From NCBI GenBank assembly GCA_015522145.1, contig WAMV01000003.1, positions 1-12,597 of the forward strand: a DNA stretch of 12,597 nt, in the 5' to 3' direction. Made by a program: the position numbers and the translations under genes. Of this stretch, positions 6,771 through 12,597 are shown one piece after another. A model generated the notes under the pieces. The model was not told the origin of the DNA, did no database searches, and saw nothing but the letters and a program-made list of their open reading frames with translations. Each line of letters opens with the position of its first letter. The stretch's first letter is position 1. Source of the stretch: Candidatus Aenigmatarchaeota archaeon. Its GTDB lineage: Archaea > Aenigmatarchaeota > Aenigmatarchaeia > CG10238-14 > WAMV01.

Positions 6771-8057
6771 TCATGGATAAACTCTATTGATTAAGCGTGG
6801 GAATGGTATAGCATCCCTAATGTGTTCAAGCTTGCATATCCACATAATATAGCGCTCTACTCCCAAACCAAAACCAGAATGTTGTACGCTACCATATCTT
6901 CTTAAATCTAAATACCACTCATAATCCTTTGGATTTAAGCCCTCTTCCTTTATCCTTTTTAGCAGAATTTCATAATCATCCTCTCTTTCTCCAGCACCAA
7001 CTATCTCACCATAACCTTCTGGAGCTAGCAAATCAACGCTTAGCGTAACATTTGGCTCATCTCTTTTAACTTTGTGATAAAAAGCTTTGATTCCTTTAGG
7101 ATAATACATCACAAAAAACGGCACATCAAACTTACTTGCTAGTACTCTTTCCTCATCTGCTCCCAGATCTTCTCCCCATTTTATTTGCACTCCCTCTTTC
7201 TGCAAAATTTCTATTGCTTGACTATAAGTTATTCTTGGAAATGGTGACTTAACTTTTAACAAATCTTTAGGGTCTCTCCCAAGCTCTTTAAGTTCTTTAG
7301 CTTTTTCCTTTGCTACTTTTTGGGTCATGTAGCTAATTAATCGCTCTATGGTTTTCATTAAACATTCTAAATCGCAGAATGGCATCTCTGCTTCAAGATG
7401 CCAATATTCTGTTAAGTGTCTTCTCGTTCTTGATTTTTCTGCCCTAAAGCTTGGTGCTATTGTATAAATCTTGCCTAGGCTTGCTATACCTGCTTCAGCA
7501 TAAAGTTGCCAAGATTGTGTTAAGTATGCTTTTCTGTCAAAATATTTAAGCTCAAATAAAGTAGAACCTCCTTCGCACGCACCAGATACAAAGATTGGGG
7601 AATGAAATTCCTTAAAACCATTCTGAATAAACCATTCCCTAGCATATCTTAACACAGCGTCTCTTATTTGAAAAATTAGGAAGTATTTTCTTTCTCTTAT
7701 TGTTAAATGTCTATGATCTAGCAAGAATGCTGGACCATGCTTCTTCTTAGCTATTGGATATCCTTCTTGAGCCTTTGTTATAATCTTAAAGTCTGTTGCT
7801 CTTACTTCATAGCCAAAAGGTGAGCGCTCATCTTTCTTGGCTTCCCCTTCTATCTCAACAACACTTTCTACAGGAGTCTTTTCAATTTCTTTTAGTTTAT
7901 CTCCAAAAACCTCCTTGCGTAAAGTGCATTGAATAAAGCCTGTGCCATCTCTAACTATGAAAAAAACCACGCCTCCCGAGCTTCTTTTGTGATATAGCCA
8001 GCCTTTAATTTTGACTTTTCCTTCTTTACCTTTGAGAATTTCTTCTATCGTTTGCAT
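6771..8057 (-). CDS. asnS: Asparaginyl-tRNA synthetase (archaeal type)
   Basis: OB-fold GWL..KR.SG...F..VRDGTG; YLTQSWQLY; PSFRAEKSRTRRHLTEYWHLEAE; WYLDLRRYGSVQHSGFGLGVER. Start placed at ATG 8057 (MQTIEE), which follows an SD, rather than at 8147. Confidence 0.94.
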   Translation of the reverse strand: MQTIEEILKGKEGKVKIKGWLYHKRSSGGVVFFIVRDGTGFIQCTLRKEVFGDKLKEIEKTPVESVVEIEGEAKKDERSPFGYEVRATDFKIITKAQEGYPIAKKKHGPAFLLDHRHLTIRERKYFLIFQIRDAVLRYAREWFIQNGFKEFHSPIFVSGACEGGSTLFELKYFDRKAYLTQSWQLYAEAGIASLGKIYTIAPSFRAEKSRTRRHLTEYWHLEAEMPFCDLECLMKTIERLISYMTQKVAKEKAKELKELGRDPKDLLKVKSPFPRITYSQAIEILQKEGVQIKWGEDLGADEERVLASKFDVPFFVMYYPKGIKAFYHKVKRDEPNVTLSVDLLAPEGYGEIVGAGEREDDYEILLKRIKEEGLNPKDYEWYLDLRRYGSVQHSGFGLGVERYIMWICKLEHIRDAIPFPRLINRVYP

Positions 8058-8063
8058 AAAAAA

Positions 8064-8069
8064 CACCTT
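8064..8069 (-). promoter_or_regulatory. Shine-Dalgarno site of asnS
   Basis: Minus strand reads TAAGGTGTTTTTTATG; the same TAAGGTGT precedes ftsZ. Confidence 0.65.
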
Positions 8070-8283
8070 AAAAAATTTTTTCATTATAGCTAAAAAAGTT
8101 TTAACAATTGGTTTGTTATTCTGAAAAATAGAAATTACACTATACAAATGGATTTAAATAGATTTTAAAAAATTATTTTTAGGCCCCGTTTAAACCCGCG
8201 TACTGGAATTGCTATTTCTCGAAACCTAATAATAGAATGTATGTTTGCATTTAAAGAGATTTCGATAGAGGAATGTATAAAAT

Positions 8284-8289
8284 AAGGTG
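8284..8289 (+). promoter_or_regulatory. Shine-Dalgarno site of ftsZ
   Basis: TAAGGTGTAAAAATG, with ATG at 8295. Confidence 0.65.
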
Positions 8290-8294
8290 TAAAA

Positions 8295-9452
8295 ATGGAT
8301 TCCATAGTTAGAAAAGCTCTTGCAAAATCGTTGGGTAAAGAACAAGTTGAAGATCCAGTAGCAAGATTTAAAATAGCTCCAACAAGCGGAGCAACATTCA
8401 AAGATGTGGACTATTACAAGCTAGTAGAGGAAGAATTTGGAATTGCTGCCAAAAAAGCTAATATTGCTGTAATTGGCTGTGGTGGCATGGGTAACAACGC
8501 TATCAACAGACTTTATGAAATGGGAATAAGTGGCGCCAAAACAATAGCAATAAACACAGATGCAAAACATTTAGCAATAATTAAAGCAGATCAAAAAATT
8601 CTAATCGGCAAAGAGTTAACAAGAGGTTTGGGTGCTGGTGGCGACCCAGTAGTCGGAAGAAAGGCAGCAGAAGAGTCAAGAAATGAAATAAAAGAAGCTT
8701 TGCAGGGAGTTGACTTGCTTTTCGCTATTGCAGGACTAGGTAAGGGTACAGGAAGTGGTTCTATTCCAGTAGTTGCTGAAATAGCAAAGCAAATGGGAGC
8801 AATAGTAATTGCTGTAGTAACAATGCCATTTAAGGTAGAAGGAGCCAGAATTGTTAAGGCTGAAGATGCTTTAGCAACATTAAGACCTGTTGCAGACACA
8901 ACAATAGTAATTGAGAATGATAAGTTGCTAAAGTATGCAGGCAACCTAAGCTTACAGCAAGCATTTGCTGTTGCTGATGAGCTAATCGCAAGCATGGTTA
9001 AAGGAATAACAGAAACAATAACATTACCAAGCTTGGTAAACTTAGACTATGCTGATGTAAGAACAGTAATGAAAACTGGTGGCGTAGCAGCAATTGGTGT
9101 TGGTGAATCCTCTTCTAGCGATAGGGCAAGGGATGCTGTACTAAAAGCATTAACAAACCCATTGCTAGAAGTTGACTATACAGGCGCTACAGGTGCATTG
9201 GTGCACATTACAGGCGGTCCAGACATGACGTTGGAAGAGGTTAATTCTATAGGAGAAACAGTAGTTAACTCTTTAGATCCATCTGCACAAGTATTCTGGG
9301 GTGCCAGAATATTACCAGAGTTTGAAGGTAAGATACAAGTAATAACAATAATTACTGGCGTAAAATCACCATACATACTTGGACCTGTTCATAAAGAAAG
9401 TCAGCCAGTAAAGGAACTAAGTCCAGCATTGGGCATTGAGATCATTAAATAA
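8295..9452 (+). CDS. ftsZ: Cell division protein FtsZ, archaeal FtsZ2-like
   Basis: IGCGGMGNN, AINTDAKHL, TRGLGAGGDP, variant signature GKGTGSG, T7 loop NLDYAD. ETIT.PSL.NLDYAD, VDY.GA.G.LVHITGGPD and WGARI resemble FtsZ2 more than FtsZ1 (compared from memory). Confidence 0.96.
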   Translation: MDSIVRKALAKSLGKEQVEDPVARFKIAPTSGATFKDVDYYKLVEEEFGIAAKKANIAVIGCGGMGNNAINRLYEMGISGAKTIAINTDAKHLAIIKADQKILIGKELTRGLGAGGDPVVGRKAAEESRNEIKEALQGVDLLFAIAGLGKGTGSGSIPVVAEIAKQMGAIVIAVVTMPFKVEGARIVKAEDALATLRPVADTTIVIENDKLLKYAGNLSLQQAFAVADELIASMVKGITETITLPSLVNLDYADVRTVMKTGGVAAIGVGESSSSDRARDAVLKALTNPLLEVDYTGATGALVHITGGPDMTLEEVNSIGETVVNSLDPSAQVFWGARILPEFEGKIQVITIITGVKSPYILGPVHKESQPVKELSPALGIEIIK

Positions 9453-9453
9453 G

Positions 9454-9516
9454 CTTTACCCCACGCCCCACCCTTTAATTTTTTCTTTAGGGTGGATAAT
9501 CAGGCAGGGGGTGAAG
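9454..9516 (+). promoter_or_regulatory. Long imperfect RNA hairpin containing the SD (GGGGGTGA, 9507-9514) of the downstream small ORF
   Basis: CTTTACCCC(9454-62) pairs with GGGGTGAAG(9508-16); GCC(9465-67) with GGC(9503-05); CCACCCT(9468-74) with AGGGTGG(9489-95). A GC-rich patch in AT-rich surroundings. Confidence 0.7.
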
Positions 9517-9519
9517 AAT

Positions 9520-9612
9520 ATGGGTGATTTCGACATGTGGGACCCACTAGAATTTGATGAATTTGATGAAGAAGAAGTCCTTTTCAGAGAAATAGAGACT
9601 GATGTTGAATGA
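9520..9612 (+). CDS. Uncalled 30-aa highly acidic small protein (MGDFDMWDPLEFDEFDEEEVLFREIETDVE)
   Basis: Strong SD 5 nt before the ATG; purine-rich, coding-like sequence; terminator-like element directly after the stop. Confidence 0.7.
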   Translation: MGDFDMWDPLEFDEFDEEEVLFREIETDVE

Positions 9613-9652
9613 GGTTGATGAAAACCTTCTTTTTCTTTTTTATTTTGTTTTT
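9611..9652 (+). terminator. Putative terminator: short stem followed by oligo-T tracts
   Basis: GAGGTT...AACCTT followed by CTTTTTCTTTTTTATTTTGTTTTT, located between convergent genes. Confidence 0.55.
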
Positions 9653-9671
9653 AAATTCAAAAGAAAAGAGT

Positions 9672-9938
9672 TTATTCTTCAACTGGTTCTTCTATAACAT
9701 GTTTTATTAGAACTATGTCGCCGACAGCCTGAATTAAATCATAGGGAACCTTTATTCCTTTTTTGCCTCCAATAAGCTTGTCTAGAAATGTGCCTCTTGC
9801 AACCTCTATCGTCATACCTCTTATTTTGAACTTGTTTAAGTCTAGCTCAACATCTTTAACCTTACCTGCATAGAAGCCTTTCGTAGTAAACACATCTTTG
9901 CCAAAAACCTCGCTCAATTCCTTAACTGTTATTGCCAT
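9672..9938 (-). CDS. PRC-barrel protein, likely CdpB-type archaeal cell division protein
   Basis: LSEVFGKDVFTTKGFYAGKVKDVELD and VPYDLIQAVGDIVLI are PRC-barrel motifs; the gene is adjacent to ftsZ. The CdpB assignment is inferred. Confidence 0.88.
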   Translation of the reverse strand: MAITVKELSEVFGKDVFTTKGFYAGKVKDVELDLNKFKIRGMTIEVARGTFLDKLIGGKKGIKVPYDLIQAVGDIVLIKHVIEEPVEE

Positions 9939-9972
9939 GAAATTATTTTTGTTGCTCTAAGTTTAAATATTT

Positions 9973-10245
9973 TCATTGTTTTTTCAGAACTCTACTTACT
10001 ATAGCTATGGCAAGCACAGCTACAAATGTTACAGCTAAGGCTATAATAAATTTTGTAATTAAAACACCTTCAAACGGCACTAGCTGTTGAATGGATTCTC
10101 TATACCTATTTATCATTTCCTGTATAGCATCTCTCCAAAGTAAAGCTGAAACGAAGGCAAAAGCCCCAATCACAAAATCTGATAGGTGTTTTTTAAACAA
10201 ATTTATAAAATTCTCAACTTCCTGGCTGCTTTTAATTTTTTTCAT
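9973..10245 (-). CDS. Small two-helix membrane protein, DUF5654-like
   Basis: AFAFVSALLWRDAI resembles the AFGxVAALAWNxAI motif; there is a second C-terminal TM helix. Confidence 0.8.
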   Translation of the reverse strand: MKKIKSSQEVENFINLFKKHLSDFVIGAFAFVSALLWRDAIQEMINRYRESIQQLVPFEGVLITKFIIALAVTFVAVLAIAIVSRVLKKQ

Positions 10246-10249
10246 CTAT

Positions 10250-11260
10250 TTATCTTTTGATTTTATAGCTTTTTAGGATTTCCATCAGTGCTTTCCAGTC
10301 TTCATGACGGCCCTTTTCTTTAAGCTTTAAGTCAACAATTTTCTTAATCTTAGGAATTTCGATTTTAACGTTAATTAAATAGTTGACAACGTCTCTCTCT
10401 TTTATCGGTTTCAAGCCCCGCTTATACGCTTTTTTGAGCTTATAGATATCTTCAACCAATCCTCCCAAAAAGGCTTTAGAATATTTTATTAGTTCTTCTA
10501 TGTCGCACAAAGTCTGGTTTTCAATAACATAGAGGGCATAAAGTAGTTGAGTAAGAGAAAAGTGTGCTCTATCTAAACTCAACAGAAAGTATTTTTGGGC
10601 TATATCATTATATATTTGTACTGTCTCATCATCACTTTCTAAAAATGATTCATCAACCAAACCAATTTCTAGCTCCCTCTCTGCTAATTCAGGTAGCAGT
10701 GCTAAATGCAAAGCAACAGATTTGTATTTCTTTCCAAACTCATAGGCTTTTTGAGCTGTATCTAAGGAGTATAAACTTTTTGTCTTCAAATAGGGGACTG
10801 AAATTTCTATTTTTGGTTTTATATCTTTTAGATAGGATAGATCTTCACTCTCCCAAATAACTTTGGAGTATATGATGTTTGTTGATATTAGGGGGTCGCC
10901 AAGCAATAGATATAATTCTGCTCCTTCTTTTGTGATAATTTTAAGATGCATAGGAATTGGTTCTGTTGGCAATTCTCTTGGCACATTCTTAAGAATTAAC
11001 AAACCATCTAAATCTGAATACCTGCTATGGGTGCCTTTAGCAAAACTGCCTGTTAGTCTAAATGAAATTAAGTTCTTGCCAAAGAATTTTCTCATTTTGT
11101 TTAGGGTATAATTAATAGCTTCCTCCTTATCTTCCCAACGCAATTCATCAGGCTCAAAATACTCCCTTATAACAGATGGGTCGTAAATTTGGTCTAGAAC
11201 AACTAAATCGTATGGTGTTGGATGTCCCCAGTATCTATAGTATTTTTCAACAATTTTCAC
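10250..11260 (-). CDS. Pol-beta superfamily (MNT-type) nucleotidyltransferase with a helical, possibly HEPN-like, C-terminal domain
   Basis: LTGSFAKG...SDLDGLLIL (GS plus DxD); C-terminal half looks all-helical; GTG start. Confidence 0.8.
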   Translation of the reverse strand: MKIVEKYYRYWGHPTPYDLVVLDQIYDPSVIREYFEPDELRWEDKEEAINYTLNKMRKFFGKNLISFRLTGSFAKGTHSRYSDLDGLLILKNVPRELPTEPIPMHLKIITKEGAELYLLLGDPLISTNIIYSKVIWESEDLSYLKDIKPKIEISVPYLKTKSLYSLDTAQKAYEFGKKYKSVALHLALLPELAERELEIGLVDESFLESDDETVQIYNDIAQKYFLLSLDRAHFSLTQLLYALYVIENQTLCDIEELIKYSKAFLGGLVEDIYKLKKAYKRGLKPIKERDVVNYLINVKIEIPKIKKIVDLKLKEKGRHEDWKALMEILKSYKIKR

Positions 11261-11299
11261 ATTTGTAAAATGTTGCTATAAATTTTTAAAACTAAAAAA

Positions 11300-11385
11300 C
11301 GCTGGGGGCGGGATTTGAACCCGCACGGGGCAGAGCCCCACCAGCTTAGCAGGCTGGCGCCTTTACCAGGTTCGGCCACCCCAGC
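11300..11385 (-). tRNA. tRNA-Ser(GCT); CCA not encoded
   Basis: Acceptor GCTGGGG/CCCCAGC-G, anticodon arm CCAGC-CT-GCT-AA-GCTGG (anticodon 11350-11348), variable arm GGGGC-TCT-GCCCC, T arm GCGGG-TTCAAAT-CCCGC. Confidence 0.96.
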
Positions 11386-11475
11386 TTTCCTATTTTTGTT
11401 TTGAAATTGCTAAAATATAAAAATCTAGACAAAATATTTAATTACCTTAAAGTAGTAATAAACGTTAAATAAATT

Positions 11476-12591
11476 TTGGTTACAAAACGAATTATGAGCA
11501 TACTTCTTGATTTGCTAGAAGCTATAGAAGCTGGAAAAGAAATAGATGTAAAGCTAAAGCTTTTCGGAAGTGAGTATGATATAGATGATATATTCTATAA
11601 ATTGTATGAGCCCCTTATCGATTTTCCATCGCGAATAGAGATGGAAAGAAGGAAAAGTATGCAGACTGGTTTTAGCTCTGAAATTGCAGAAGCTGGAGCA
11701 CGCTACAGGTTGTGGTTTGATAAACTCAAAGAAAATGTTCCGTTACTTACTATAAAGGCAAAACTCCCTAGGGAAACCAAGATTTGGAAAGGCAAGGTAT
11801 ATTTAAGAAATCCTAACGAAATGTTTCAATTTCCTTATTATGTAAAAAAAGTGCCCTCTACTATTTTTGTTATACTTGATAATTTGGATAATTTGCACCT
11901 CATACTAAGCGAACGTTACGATTCTCGATATAATTCAACTTATGCAAAAATACTTAGCTATGGCCAAACAAGATTGGATTTGGATAGATTAATGAGTAAT
12001 ACTCAATTTAAAGAGGGGGAAATAACTGGGGGTTTACTAACCCTACCTTTCTTAACAAAATATGATATAGCACCTCTAAGAATAAGCATACCTTATATTT
12101 ATTACTCCAAGATTAGAGAGGGTTATTCGACCCTCATAATAAGACTTCCTGAGGCTTTGCTTACTGAAGAACTTATAACACAACTAGGCAATGAAATTAT
12201 CAGCAATGCTATAAATCGCATGATTAATATCTTCTACAAACACAAATTTTTCATAGAAGATATGTCAGGAAATCAAGTACTTTACGAGCATGGTGCTTTT
12301 AAAGTTCATGATGATGAATTCATCAAGTTATTCAATACCCACATCAAATCCAATAAAAGTATTAATAGGAAGATTGACTACTGTATTAGAAATTCCTTAT
12401 TTTATGATGAGCTAAGAAAGTGGAATATTAATGTTGTTCTTAATAAACAACTTGACGGTTCTTCTTTATATGAGGATTTAATGGAATTTTTAGAACATAA
12501 CAAAAGAGAGATAAGAGAAGATATATATTACAGCCTTGTTTACTTGAATAACAAAATAGTTAAAGAAAATATAAAACGATATGATAGGTAG
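11476..12591 (+). CDS. Hypothetical soluble protein (start TTG 11476 or ATG 11494)
   Basis: 371-codon open frame in AT-rich DNA; no motif or TM segment recognised. Confidence 0.8.
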   Translation: MVTKRIMSILLDLLEAIEAGKEIDVKLKLFGSEYDIDDIFYKLYEPLIDFPSRIEMERRKSMQTGFSSEIAEAGARYRLWFDKLKENVPLLTIKAKLPRETKIWKGKVYLRNPNEMFQFPYYVKKVPSTIFVILDNLDNLHLILSERYDSRYNSTYAKILSYGQTRLDLDRLMSNTQFKEGEITGGLLTLPFLTKYDIAPLRISIPYIYYSKIREGYSTLIIRLPEALLTEELITQLGNEIISNAINRMINIFYKHKFFIEDMSGNQVLYEHGAFKVHDDEFIKLFNTHIKSNKSINRKIDYCIRNSLFYDELRKWNINVVLNKQLDGSSLYEDLMEFLEHNKREIREDIYYSLVYLNNKIVKENIKRYDR

Positions 12592-12597
12592 TTAGCC

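Noticed and set aside
8058..8147. 30-aa N-terminal extension of AsnRS in the ORF track
   Set aside because: The SD and domain start point to ATG 8057; the extension is AT-rich intergenic sequence.
8165..9376. Minus-strand ORFs 8165-8401, 8591-8995 and 9176-9376
   Set aside because: Antisense shadows of ftsZ.
9554..9621. Repeated TGATGA and a CTGA suggesting a stand-alone C/D box sRNA
   Set aside because: No convincing C-D'-C'-D spacing; Phe-Asp-Glu codons of the small ORF explain most of the motifs. Not fully excluded without a target search.
10091..11111. Plus-strand ORFs 10091-10276, 10564-10860 and 10863-11111
   Set aside because: Antisense to the DUF5654-like and nucleotidyltransferase genes.
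10250..11260. CCA-adding enzyme (none of the four tRNAs encodes CCA)
   Set aside because: Only the generic GS/DxD core is shared; the length and motifs do not resemble archaeal class I CCA enzymes.
3099..11425. Fixed-distance tRNA promoters implying leaderless, RNase P-independent tRNAs as in Nanoarchaeum equitans
   Set aside because: TATA-like elements begin at roughly -29, -28, -34 and -38 for the four tRNAs, so the distance is not fixed, and such motifs are ambiguous in AT-rich DNA.
1..12597. CRISPR array, IS element or rRNA
   Set aside because: No regularly spaced repeats, transposase or rRNA-like sequence seen; the recurring GGGATTCGAACCC is the tRNA T arm.

Overview
AT-rich archaeal chromosomal window. 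Archaeal origin rests on a 37/38 tRNA intron, archaeal-type ArgRS, AsnRS and FtsZ2, a CdpB-like PRC barrel, and GGTG(A)-type Shine-Dalgarno (SD) sites. A DPANN-like host is inferred, not shown. The left two-thirds is a dense aminoacylation/editing cluster: bacterial-type MetRS (5'-truncated), a separate tRNA-binding domain, a CBS protein, AlaX-M, tRNA-Leu(CAA) with intron, ArgRS, a YbaK-family deacylase, tRNA-Leu(CAG), tRNA-Asn and AsnRS. A small redox module (BCP peroxiredoxin, His/Cys membrane mini-protein, CDGSH protein) interrupts it. The right part holds ftsZ2, a PRC-barrel gene, a DUF5654-like gene, an MNT/HEPN-like fusion, tRNA-Ser(GCT) and an orphan ORF. Best leads: (1) the 30-nt tRNA-Leu(CAA) intron looks like a minimal box C'/D' guide whose fifth nucleotide upstream of box D pairs with the host tRNA's wobble C34; (2) an uncalled 30-aa very acidic ORF after ftsZ2 has its SD buried in a long hairpin; (3) a candidate bis-His heme mini-cytochrome lies between bcp and the CDGSH gene; (4) a frameshifted glycine-rich membrane gene sits upstream of bcp. 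All structures were folded by eye and no database searches were run.
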